The position numbers and the translations under genes were made by a program. This document shows, one piece after another, positions 14,191-25,924 of a stretch of 64,000 nt of DNA; the stretch's first letter is position 1; every line of letters starts with the position of its first letter. Source of the stretch: Moniliella sp. 'wahieum' (lineage: Eukaryota); contig RSEE01000078.1 of assembly GCA_003971905.1 (NCBI GenBank), forward strand, positions 1-64,000, written 5' to 3'. The notes beneath the pieces are model-generated. The model ran no database searches and had not been told where the DNA came from. It saw only the letters and a list, made by a program, of their open reading frames with translations.

Positions 14191-14873
14191 TCAGTCACAG
14201 GGACCTGCATGCCCCTCATCCATACCCCCCGTGCGGGCCGGGGGGGATGGCAAAAAAGTGGATTGGGCCTTAGGCCATAGGCCTTATTCTGAAGAGCGAG
14301 AGCTCACAAGCAATACATATGGCTCGTGATTTCCTCCCACGATCCATTCTGGGTTTTTCACCTTGCTCGTCGATCCATACGATACAGGGAACTTCTCCTG
14401 CTCTGAGTTTCCTCTTCTGATATCCTCATCTCTTCGCCTCCCATGACAGCGTCTCAGGTCTCAGCTCTCCAGCTTAGCGCTTATCCCAGCAGCTCAGGTT
14501 TCGGATTTCCCGCATCCAATCCGTAACGCTTTCTGCACCAGCTTTCAGGGTCAGCTCCAAAACCAGTTCCTTTTCCATTCCAACTGGGGAAGCGTTGTCC
14601 CACCCGGCTGCCTTTTTAAGTTATTTTGCTGGTTGTTCATCACGTGCAACGATTGAAATAACAGAGGAATAAGAGTTTGTAACTGACACCGTGGAGGCCA
14701 AACCATCGTTTAAAAGCACTCGTAGATCAACATGTACTCGAAGTCAGTGAGGAAACACGCCCCACAAGTGATTCAAACGTCATTTTCTCGTAGACATCCT
14801 TTTGAGCTGCCCGAGCCCGCATGTATATAGGACCATACGATGAAAATTTGGTCTGTGGAAGAACATATATAAA

Positions 14874-15975
14874 TACGAGAAGTGCTATCGGATGACATTC
14901 TTAGTGCTTTCGCAGTCTTCGCTTGCTTCTGTTGGAGGGTAGTGCTGGGGTTCCCTTGCGCGGCCCTCGGTGGATCGGTGACGCTCACTTAACCGGGCGG
15001 AAGAGTTCCGCTCGCAGGGCGCGCGCCCCCTGCTCGCTTGATCTCCCTTCTCTCTCTCCTGTCTCCTTCCCTTCAGACGTTACCTGAAGACTTATGGCCC
15101 ACCACTTTGCCTTCACGCCTTGTCTGAAGGCTGCTTTGCAGCTGAACCATTCTAGCAGCTTCGTCTCTGCTTCGCTCTGTCAACATCTATATGCCAGTGC
15201 GGTGGGGCTTAGACAGGAGGGGGTTACCAAAACAGGGTCAGCCAACAGTCAGCATCCTGGATCAGTGGGGATCCTTTATCCCACCTTCCATTCTCGTCCC
15301 TTCTCACCTTTCTTGTCCAACTCCTGACGGTTTCCGGCCAACTGATTGAGTAATGCAGGCAATCTCTCGTCTCCACTTAGCTGCCCCATCTTCATCATCC
15401 AACCTCGTCCTCCAGCTTTCCATCCGCCCAGTCACGCGAGCCTTCCTTCAGCGGCATCGATTCGCCCTACCACAGCGTATCGCGTGGGTTCCTTTCACAG
15501 CTACGTCCACAGCTGCCCCCGCCCAGCTTCAGCCCTGGCAGTCTTTGTCCTCCACAGCATCTACCCGTTCCTAAGCTCCGGAGGCTTCAGACACGTTACT
15601 ACCCCCAATCCGGCGCATACACAGCCTTTCCGAGCGTGCGGCAGCCTCGGCTTCACCCCCAAAGGCTTCTCCTCGGCTCGGATCCATCAAATAGCCCAAA
15701 CCCGAAACTACCGCAGTCGGCCATGGCGACGGCAGTGGCGGCACGACTCTCGGCGTGGATTGAAGGAACACTGTGCGCGAGTGTGGTCGTTGTGTGGCAA
15801 TGGGGGCACCGCCAGTGAGCACGGGTAGGGAGGGGCATTTTAAGGGAGTGGAGGGACGCGTCGACGCGACCCTGTCATATGCCCGATAGTTGGCGCAGCC
15901 CCCCCCCCGTCACGTGCAGGTCGGGGAGCAGTAGGGTTACACACTTTTTGGTGGGTCCTGCCATATGGTAAAAGA
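14874..15975 (-). repeat. Dispersed repeat, copy B
   Basis: Collinear direct copy of 2995-4385 without the 3850-4120 segment. Several of the differences are CpG transitions. Confidence 0.85.
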
Positions 15976-16029
15976 ATGGACGATGGATCGCAATGGTTGA
16001 TCAACAAGGCCCTACCGATGGCTTGAAGC

Positions 16030-16850
16030 CTAGAACTTCAACTGAAGCTTGAAGCTTGCACCTTGAAGAGGCTCTCTGTCAGGCGCGCTCTCCCTTTTTG
16101 GAAAAAGGACAAGTTAAAAGCTACCTCTGTTTTGTACCCTTGCATCACGTTCCACAGTCCGCCCCAATAGCCTTTTGTCGGTTCCCACAAACCGCAACTC
16201 CAGTCGATATGATAGACGGACTCCAGCGGCCTTTTTGGGCTGATGCCACCTTGTCAACTTCCACTATATATAAACCGAAGACAACGGGGGCGTCGTGTGG
16301 CTTGCTCCGCACGGTGGTGTGGCGAAGAAGGGGCCAATAAGTGGTAACTGGTAACGGTGTAAGTGACAAGTGTGGCACCTCAATGGCAAGTAGCAAGGGC
16401 CCTTGTTTAAGGGCTTTTGAAGTGAAGCTAGTGAAGCTTGAAGCTTGAAGCTTGAAGCTTGGAGCGTCCTGTTCAACGTATACATAACTGTCTGCGGTCT
16501 TGCAGACCACAGTGCTGTCATACATGTCTCAGTGCTTATAACAGAGCCTAACCTATAATCTAACCCACAAACACACGCCGTTGGAAATAAAATAGACCCT
16601 TTACCAAGACCCGTTGAAGGCGCACTGCTCTTCAAAACGTCGCACGCGCCCGGCCGGGGTCACCGAGACGAGTCTCATGACGTTCCAGGCGATAATAGCA
16701 ATGAATTTAACGTTGAACGTTGAACGTTGAACGTACTTGAACGTTCAGTTGAACGTTGATCGACTAGTTTGACTGGCGATTTCGGGAAAGACCTCTAGGA
16801 AGGCAGGCGACATGAGGAAGAGAAATGATCGATGATCGATGATATATGGA
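16030..16850. repeat. nnTNAnn heptamer arrays
   Basis: agTGAag-ct-agTGAag-(ctTGAag)x3 from 16421, (gtTGAac)x3 at about 16712, aaTGAtc-gaTGAtc-gaTGAta at about 16824. Confidence 0.85.
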
Positions 16851-19800
16851 CTCGGAGCCAGAGCTGGATCTGGGCACAGAGCAGCATCGATATGAGACAC
16901 AGCCTGTTCCCTGGGTCGGTGAGTCTAAGGGTAGTGCTCGAGAGGTAGATTAGTTATGGGCGGAGACTCTGATCTATAGGCGGGCAGAAATACGTTGACG
17001 GAGCATAATATGGAATGCGGGAGGGAGGCATATGGCCCATGGCCCTACACTATCTCAAGCACGCACACAGCCGCCTTCTTTTTGGAAATCAGATCGATCT
17101 CTTTTTCTGTTGTCAAATATGCCACCACACGAAGAAGATCTACCCACCTATGAGAAGATGAAGGGTGGATCTGAGAAATGAGGGTACTACGGGGTGGCGT
17201 TTCGTTGTTCAACGTTCGTGTAAGACCGGAGGAACCCAAGGGGTTGGGTGACCGGTGATGAACCTCTGGAAATTTAGAAAGCAATACAATGGCGGTGGTG
17301 GTGGTTAGGTCTAAGCCTTATGCCACACCTAATGGAGACAGGGGTTCAAACAAAGCCTGAGTATACACGAGGAGACTTCGTAGGTCAAATAAGGGGCAAA
17401 GGGTGATAAGGCGCCTTGGCCTCTGTACGGGACCGCGGTTCGCAACAGTTCGCCTGCTCAGCATTAGCTCTTGCTCAGACCTCATATTGAACGGAAGCCT
17501 GTTGAATCTGGTGCTGTGCTTTCACCGGAGTCTTTGGAACGGGGCCCCACCGTCGTGAGGCCCAGCTCTTCAAAAGGGGGCGGTTTTTGTAGAATCCGTT
17601 CGGTGGAAAGGTTGTGAGTGTTGGTATGGGTCAGGGCAAGCCTCCTCTTCGGGGACACGAACGATTAAACGTACACTCTCTCGTCCCACCACTCTTGGCA
17701 CAGACCGAAAAAACCACCAGGCCTCAAGCAGAGCACTCCCTAGTATATACATGCGTTCATGCAATTCATGTGTCTTTTGCAGAGCTTTAAAGCTTTATTA
17801 GACAAAGGTTTGCGCCTAAACGTTTCCCTCATTCACATATACTACAGAACACCTTCTTTCGAAAACGTTGACGGCCGGGCTACTCACTTCCACGGACCAC
17901 TCATGCCTCAGACTGAAGTCTCTTCCCTCTTTATCTGGCTCATCAAGTTCTGTTACTGTACCAACAGCACTCAACCTCTACACCACACTAATGTCACCGA
18001 ATGACTAAGCTCGCTCCAATCATTTCCAATTCCAATTCTGCATCCTGTGTCTCCCGCTCTTCCCTTCGCTCTTTTGCTTCTGTTATCTGCCTGATGCCTT
18101 CTGTTTTTTCCTCCCACGAACGATCAGTTGCCTTTCCCTCCGCCTCTGACAGGACCTTGTCTCCCTCATTAAGTCCCGACTGTTACATGGGGCGTTTCAT
18201 GTAGATAGTGCCGAAGCCAAAACCAACTCCATTTTTGGGAGGTACTATCATATCACGAGATGCATGTGTTGGAGATGAGCGGATGAGGGCTGTTGAGCTG
18301 TTGACGGTTATCAACACTACATAGTCGTGATTTTCATGGATGGAATACTATGGAACATCTGTCTCCTCAGATCCGCAGCCCTAGCCCCTCGCGCCAAGAG
18401 TATAGTTGCACCCCACATCGTACCAGCCGCAAAGATGATCTCCTTATAACGCAGTCCACATAGCTCCGCCACTAATACTGTTCCGACTATCGTCCCTCGC
18501 CCTACTATCTTCTCGGAATGTCTCTTTCCCGCTCAATGAGTTTTTGTTCCAGGCATCTCTGTGTAGGCGAATAACAATGACGCCCCGAGCCGCTGATGGC
18601 CACACAAGAAGCACAATAGGGCACAACTGTGATCAATGTTTACCTCTGAGCCGTTAACCAGACTCCCGTCGTCCGTGGCGATAGGTTCGACTAGCCAGGT
18701 TCGATACAATCACTTGCTGTGTCTTGATTTACTATCCTCTGTTACTCACCCATTATCTTTCAGAGTTTTGGGCAGATTGCTATCTCTCTCTCTCTTAGAC
18801 ACACGGCGTTACACCCAACTGTGACTATTGCTTATTGACCGTTCTATACCCTTACACCAGCTCAACAGAAACAATGATTTCGCCTCGTTTTGCGGGGGCA
18901 TTACCAGGTCTTGCCGCTGCTAACGTTCACCCTCGACGCTCTTGTCTTGCGTCGGCCGAGTAGACAAAAATCAATTTCTCCAAGCTCTCTGTTGACATTA
19001 TCCTCGCATGCGTCGTCGGCTTTTGATTTGACAGGATGCTTTGAACACCCTATCAGTCAACTTCTCCTGCTTATTGTGAAGATAATGAGTGACTATGTCA
19101 GCAGCTCTCTTGTTTTGGTTACGGATATGAACCCACAGACACGACACGTGTGGGTGTGGGAGCAGCTTCACGGTATGGACAGGAATGGGTTGAAGTCGAA
19201 TTTGAGATGGATACGTGGCCCCGTGAGGGCATTACCACTGCGGGGTTATGACTTATTATTAGTATACCACACACCGCCGGGCACAAGATGTGGTTTATAA
19301 CGCATGACCACATGTGGGCGAGAATATTAGGTCAACTATGCTTTTCCCCTTCACATGGTGCTGCTCCAAGGGCTGCAGTGTTCGAAAGATCATTTGATCG
19401 CAGATATCTGAATGGACACCATTCTTCCCCATTAGTAATGTTCCTCCGTGATGGGAGAACTGTTGACGTGAGATTAAAGGGTAAATCGATGTGTTTGGAT
19501 CTAGACGGTTGCACCAAGCGTTAAAAGCCAATGATCGACCCAACTCTGGCTCTAATCCATCACCTTCTCCTCATCATTCTGCCCGTCCGGCTCCCTAGGC
19601 CACAACATTAGTAGTAGAGGGCAGTAGTGTTCCACAGGGTACGGATACTCCACCGTAATTACATTTCTTTGGTGAGATTTGAGCCGAGTTGAAGTGGGAA
19701 TTCGGTTCATTTTCAGAAAACCCCAACAGATGTGAATCCACTGCAGATAGGCAAGGGAGACGAGGGGAGATAAGAGGAGACTGTCACGGGCTGCGACGGA

Positions 19801-20145
19801 CTCGAGATGGTCCAACCCAAGCTAAGGCCCCCTCTCCGCACATGCCCAGTAGAGCGTGCACCGCAGGCCAACCAAGTGCGATGATGGTTGGCTAAATTAA
19901 GTACCGCGTGGCCCGAAGGGTCATGCGCCGTGCGACAATAGTCGCCCCCCCCCAAGGTCCAAGTCGGCAGGCCTAAATAAGGCCACCGAGCTTCCAGTGC
20001 CGTGGCGGCATCTGCCGTCCCGTCCCCGTTTCCGTTTCCTTTCTCGTCGTCGCGCGGGTGGCGACCAACCCGCTTTGACATGTCTTCCTTTCTACACCCC
20101 CTCTTGTATCCGTTTCCCTTTTGATCCTGCCTGTACCCCTGGTGG

Positions 20146-20643
20146 ATGGGGATCTTTACCCCCACCTTCCATTCTCGTCAATTCTCGTCCCCATTCTCGT
20201 CATCCTTTCGTCCTTTCCCGCCTATCCTGTCCGACTCCTGCCCGTTTTCCAGCCAATTGATCCAGTACAGGCAGCTCCTCTTGTTAGCGTCCGACATCTC
20301 CTCCGACCTCGTCCTCCAGCCCTTCGTCAGTCCAGTCGCGCGAGCCCTCCTCTGGCCGCATCGATTTCCAGTCTCAGTTGAGGCAGTGTTTGTCCGCCGC
20401 TGTCTCCTCCTCCCGTCCCTAAGTCCCGGAGGCTTTAGACATGTTACTACGGCCCAAGCCGGTGCAGACGCAGCCTTGTCACACGTGCAGCCGCCCCACC
20501 AAAGGCCTCTCCTCGTCCCAGCTCCGCTCGGATACACCAACCAGCCCAATCCCGAAACTACCATGAGTCGACCTACCGTCGCCTAAGGGATTGTGCCCCA
20601 AAAACCCCCAGGCGGGCCCCCTGGCGGCGCCCGCCCGTGACAG
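20146..20643 (-). repeat. Dispersed repeat, copy C (partial, more diverged)
   Basis: Shares 'ccaccttccattctcgtc', 'acctcgtcctccagc', 'ccagtcgcgcgagcc', 'ccggaggct.tagaca.gttacta', 'cgaaactacc' and 'cccctggc.g.gcccgcc.g.gacag' with copies A and/or B. Confidence 0.75.
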
Positions 20644-20939
20644 AGACAAGGGGAGAAAAGGTGAGAGGATGGTGGGGTCGGCTGGGGTCAGCTGGGGTCG
20701 GCCATCTGCCGCCGCCCGTAACAGTGGGCTTGCTACATGAGAGAGCGTCTTCGCATCCATTGTATCCTGGCGAGGGTTGCTTCGGATACCAACTCGGCGT
20801 TGTGGTTTGCTGCTTCTTGAGGGCTGCGTGCATGAGTTTGAATATGGTACCCACTCAGTAACTCCGCCCCGCCCCATTTAACATTGATCATTTACCCCAC
20901 ACCAAACACACTGGCGCCATGGGCTGGGTGTGCGCGTAT

Positions 20940-21370
20940 ATGAGCGCATGGTGCATGATGCATGATGCATGATGCATGATGATGGTGCATGACCAGCGTG
21001 GGCCTTTCTCCCCACACACCCCACCCTTGGCCGCCCCAACAGACAACCGGGTGTGGCCGACGCCATTCCAAGACGCGGACGGCGGGCAAGGCGAGCAGCC
21101 TGCGTGTGCTGGCTGGTCTGTGGCCAGGATGGCGCATCACCCACCACTGGTCACCGGCACCAGGCGACCATCGGTGGGGTGAGCTGCATCAGCCGTGTGG
21201 GCCCACAAAAAACCTCTGTGTTGGTCTGTGCACTGCAGCGGGGGGCCAGCGCGCTGGTGAGCCTCCTCAGGCGCTCAGGCCTCACCTCGGCCTCAACGCC
21301 GAGCCTTATTCGCGCCGCGTCTTGCTGCCATCCCTGCGTTGGCGGGGGGTAACCGGTAACCGGTAACCCC
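20940..21370. repeat. nnTNAnn heptamer arrays in the NMO upstream region
   Basis: (caTGAtg)x4 at 20954-20981 and (ggTAAcc)x3 at 21348-21368. Confidence 0.9.
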
Positions 21371-21546
21371 GGCGCCCACTGGCTCTCACTGTAGTCAAGT
21401 AGCTGTTCAACCCCCACCGGCCTCCGGCTGCTCCGTCCCGACTCCACTGCGTCGGCCGGGTGAAAGTCGACCAACGCCAAGCTAAAAGACAGAGTGTATA
21501 CAGCACCACAACGGTTTTCTCTTCCATCAACCCTGCCCCCACCACC

Positions 21547-22677
21547 ATGGCATCTCCTCAACGCATCCGCACTCCCCTCACCGACCTGTTCGGCATCAAG
21601 CACCCATCCTTCTGGCCGTACGTCTCACCTGGTTACTGGTTCCCCCGCGTGCGCGCCACCCGTTAACCTTTCATCTGCTCATAGGGCATGAACGTCGCCT
21701 CAGGCCCCGACTTGGCGGCCGCCGTCACCAATGCCGGGGGGCTCGGCGTGATTGGCGGGCTGGGGTACACACCCAAGATGCTGCGCGAGCAGATTGGGTA
21801 CATCAAGGAAGGTCTTGTGGACAAGAAGGCGCCGTTTGGAGTGGACCTGCTCCTGCCCCAAGTGGGCGGTGATGCTCGTAAGACCAATTACGACTACACT
21901 GATGGCCGCCTCATGGAGTTGGCCGATGTGATTGTGGAAGAAGGCGCGAAGCTGTTTGTGTCGGCAGTCGGGGTGCCTCCACAAGAACTAGTAGAGCGTC
22001 TGCACAAGGCCGGCGTCGTGGTGGCCAATGTGATTGGCCACCCTAAGCATGCCGTCAAGGCTGCCAGGCTGGCGTGGACATTATCATTGTCCAGGGCGGC
22101 GGAGGGCGGTGGCCACACGGGCGATGTGCCGAGCGTGTGTCCGTGCTGTCCACGTTTGTGGACCTGGTTACCCAGAAGGGTGGAAGTCTCCGTTGACGGC
22201 AAGCCGGTGATTGTGGGTTGCAGCAGGTGGGGTGTGGAACGGACGGTCGCTTGCCGCCTCGCTGGCGTATGCCGCCGGGTTTGGGTTGGCACCCGTTTTG
22301 TTGCTTCGGAGGAAAGCGGGGCGCCACGCGGACACAAGCTTGCGGTTCTCTCAGCTACTCACGAAAGCGACGTCCGAACGATTATTATGACCGGACGTCC
22401 GCTCCGCTTAAACGAACCAAGTACATTGATGACTGGGAATCCCGGCCAGAGAGATCAAGCGGTTGACTAGTCAGGGGATCATTCCTGTTCTCGAAGACCT
22501 CAAAGACGATCCTGACGGATCCAAGGAAGAGGCAGTCCGCGAACGTTACTTGATGGGCAAAGTGGCAGCCTGCATCGATGACATTTTACCCGCCAAGGTG
22601 ATTATCGACCAGTTTGTCGAAGGGCAGAGCGCGCGATCCTGGCTAGCAAGGCGGCGCTTGTTTCGTCCAAACTATGA
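21547..22677 (+). CDS. Nitronate monooxygenase / 2-nitropropane dioxygenase family flavoprotein
   Basis: MASPQRIRTPLTDLFGIKHP, intron 21618-21684, then GMNVASGPDLAAAVTNAGGLGVIGG...EGGGHTG...VWVGTRFVASEE...YLMGKVAA. Frameshifted; the corrected C-terminus is ...VSSKL*. Confidence 0.92.
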
Positions 22678-22844
22678 TGGTTTCAACACATCCAGTCCAC
22701 CTTTCTCTTCCCGTTTCTGTGGTACTTGTAAACATTGAAGGAATCGAAGCGCTTTGATTTGGTTCAGTGAGGTTTGGATGACAAGCAACGGCTCTCTCCT
22801 ATAGCCGAGTGCAAAGGTGGTGGGGGTGATCGATAATGAGCCAG

Positions 22845-23290
22845 TCAGTCGTGTACAGTCAGTCCCAGAGGGTACAATGCAAGACAGGAAACGTGAACAA
22901 GCGCGAAATAGCGGAGTAGTGGAGAGAGAATGAAGCAAGATGGGGCGTGCCTCGAAATGTTGTGGTGCGAGGAGTGTGGCAGCCTCTCTTGGCTATGAGG
23001 AGATGCCACCTGCCCCCCCCCAAGGCAGAATAAGCTAATGCCCATGCCGGCTCGTGCCCCATCAGCATACTATTGCGCGTTGCCGAGGGAGTTTGACCAC
23101 CAAGCCATCCAGAGCCTTGGTAACGTTCACCTGATATCCGAGCTGTGACGTGTCCGTCAGACCAAACGCCGAATCCAGCATACCATTCTCATTGTCCCCC
23201 CCCGGTTCCTCCAGTTGGTCAAACACTTCCGGTTCGAGGATCACATGGCACGTACGCTAGCCATGGCCAGCAACTTACTGGTGCTCATTA
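22845..23290 (-). pseudogene. Possible degenerate small gene with weak Cks1-like motifs
   Basis: HVILEPE...MGIS..LGGG.WH...PH order loosely follows Cks (YRHVILP...LGI.QS.GW.HY...PH). It needs stops and frameshifts and is weak. Confidence 0.2.
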
Positions 23291-23469
23291 ATCATTGGCC
23301 AAGTGAGGTAGCGTGGAACTGTACGGATGGCGGCGAGAGGGTAGTGGGAATGAGGGAGAAGAGAGAAGAAGAAGAGCAGCAAAAGGAAACCTTTTGCAGA
23401 GCGAGACGAAGCAGATGAATGATCGAGGTGACCGATGATCGATGATCATGCACCGACCGATCACCGATC

Positions 23470-25924
23470 ATGGTTCCAATACTCATCGATCGTCTTGCCC
23501 AAGGCCCGAGTTCTCCACCTCCATCGACCAGCTCCCCCCTCTTCCATCCAGCCCATGCCTGCTGCCGTGGCGGATGCGGGTGCGACGAGGAGCATTCCCA
23601 CCACTCGCTCGCTGTGCTGGACACGGGTGGCGCCAATTTGCGCGTGTGGCTCTTTGACGGCCCGGCCACGCCCGCTGCGCTCAAAGCGGCGGCGAGCGGG
23701 ACGTTGGACGCGCTCCAAACGAGCGGAGCCAATGTGCTGGTGCTGCCCAATGTGGTTGTGCGCCCCCGTGTCGGCGGTGCAGCTGGAGGAGGCACTGCGT
23801 CCGCGTCTTCTCCCGTACCTATCTCGCTGGCCCTGAGATTGGGGAGCAGGTAGGTGTCTATGCCCGCCTTCAACTCCGTTCGCCCGTCGAGCGTGGCTTT
23901 GTCACCGATGGGCCGCCCAAACGCTCTCCTGGTCTACCTCGCTTCGCATGCACATGCGCTCCAGCAGCAGCAAGAGCTTCTTTCTGCACCATCGAGCAGC
24001 TTGAGCAAGCGGACGCGAAGAACGGGCAATCCAGCCCGGAACCTGACCCTGTAGCTCCGGACGGCAAGTCTGATCACCCCTGCTCCCACCCGGCGCAAAT
24101 CGTCGGCGCGCACATCCACTACCCAGGCAGACGTGGGACAGCCATGGTCCGGGCAGGGCCAGAACCATTGCTGTGGGGCCGGACAGTTCTGGTCACGGAG
24201 CCTTACTTCAACATGCCCGAGTTGGCCGCTGCGATGGACACGCTTCTGTTTGAAGAGTACGGCGCCGCGGCCGTCTTGCGTGCTTCTCCTGCCGAGCTGG
24301 CCGCGTGGTGTCTTCGTGTCCCTCCTGCCACAGCCATCACGGATGTGGCCGGGGAAAAGTCCAGGGTCGACAGCAGCCATACTCTCTCTCCCTCTCCGGC
24401 CGAGGACGCACCTCTACCTGCGCCTGGGCCGACGCCGCCCATACGCGCCGCGCCTGCAAAACGGAAACGTGGGCTGGGAACTGACAAGGCCGCGGGCGCG
24501 ATTGCGACGATGCGTTTCCTGAGGCAGCCTTGGTACTTGACTGCGGCCACAGCTATTGCCATGCCGTACCGCTAGTCCGGGGACGTGTTGTCTGGGGGGC
24601 GGTCAAACGGTAGTTGGACATTTCGACGTGGCGGCGCTCATAGCTGACGTGTGTGTTCGTCCAGCCTTGATTTCGGCGGGAAGCATGTGACCAATCTGTT
24701 GAAAACATCGCTTAGCTTTGGCAATGGGACTGTCTGAGGATGCATGGTTGGTGGGCAAAGTCAAAGAGCGCACTACCTTTGTTGCCGCCTCGGCTGGGCC
24801 CAGTCAACGCCAAGAAGCGCGGAAAGCCGCCCAGTCCATCTTGAAGCGGGATCCGAGCGAACGGGATCGTTGCCTGCCTCATCGATGGTCTTTTGCGACC
24901 CTAACCGAACTGTCGAAACTCGCTGCGATCACGCCTTGCGCGGACCCTATCGCGCTTGAGTACTTCCTCCCGGACTACTCGATCCCGTCTTCTGCTCCTT
25001 CCCCTACGATGATCAAGGACGCGACCGTAACGGAACCCAGCCCGCCTCACCCTTCTCCATGTGTCCTCCAGCACGCTTCCAACGCCTCTTACCCTAGAGA
25101 AGATCGACCGGCCACCTTCTGACCGGTATGGCACGATTGCTCCCTCGGATGCGGCCATGCGGGAATTGCTGCCCTTATCGAGCAAACAATGGTCCAGTGA
25201 ACAAAGGGACCGGTTCCTCTGTCCTCCCCAGCCGTTACCGATTCGCAACAAACGTTCTGCCGTACCTGGAGCCGAAGCACAGGAGGAGGAGGCACAGACC
25301 CTTCGCCTCACCACCGATCGCTTTGTCCACACAGAAAACTTTTTCGCCCCGAGCGGGTACCAGGTCTGCCATCCATTTCCTGAGCAACTGGGCCTAGCGC
25401 ACCTGGCAGTGGCCGCTGCGTCCGAGGCGGAGCAATGGTTTTGCACCGCGAACTCAAGCAACACAAGCGGGGTCGTGGCGGGCGGGAGAAAGGGGTGGGG
25501 GTGGGGCTGTTGTTGGCCAACGTGTTGTTGTGGGAGGGGCGGCGTGCATTCCTGGTCTAACGGAACGATTGGAGGAGGAACTACGACCGTTGGCACCCGA
25601 AGCGACGCCGTCCGGGTTCGTGTTCCCCTCAACCCCATCTCGGCCGCTGCCGAGGGGGCGCGCGTTTCTGCTGGCCTCGCTGGCTACTCTGTATCCGTCG
25701 ACGGCGGCGGCGTCGCGCCGTGCTTCCGCTTCCCATGCCAAAGACCAAGAGTGGCAGGCCCAAGCGTTGGCGGACCTGCCGGGCCGATTTACAACCAGGC
25801 AAACCTACCTCGATCGGGCGCGCGGGACATGAGAAATGCTATGGCGACGGCCACGGCTACGGCAGGCCCAGGCGCACACGGCAACGGCAGAGACGACATA
25901 GACAAGATAAAATGCTTAAAATAG
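23470..25924 (+). CDS. ARP6: Actin-related protein 6 (SWR1 complex)
   Basis: LAVLDTGG, VLVTEPYFNMP...LLFEEYG, VLDCGHSYCHAVP, VKR|LDFGGKHVTNLLK (intron 24610-24664), LEYFLPDYS, LTTDRF, GGAACIPGLTERLEEELRPLAP. Low-complexity insertions and frameshifts. Confidence 0.85.

Noticed and set aside
14219..14250. GC-rich hairpin as a Helitron 3' end or terminator
   Set aside because: No CTRR terminus at the expected distance on either strand, and no matching 5' end recognised.
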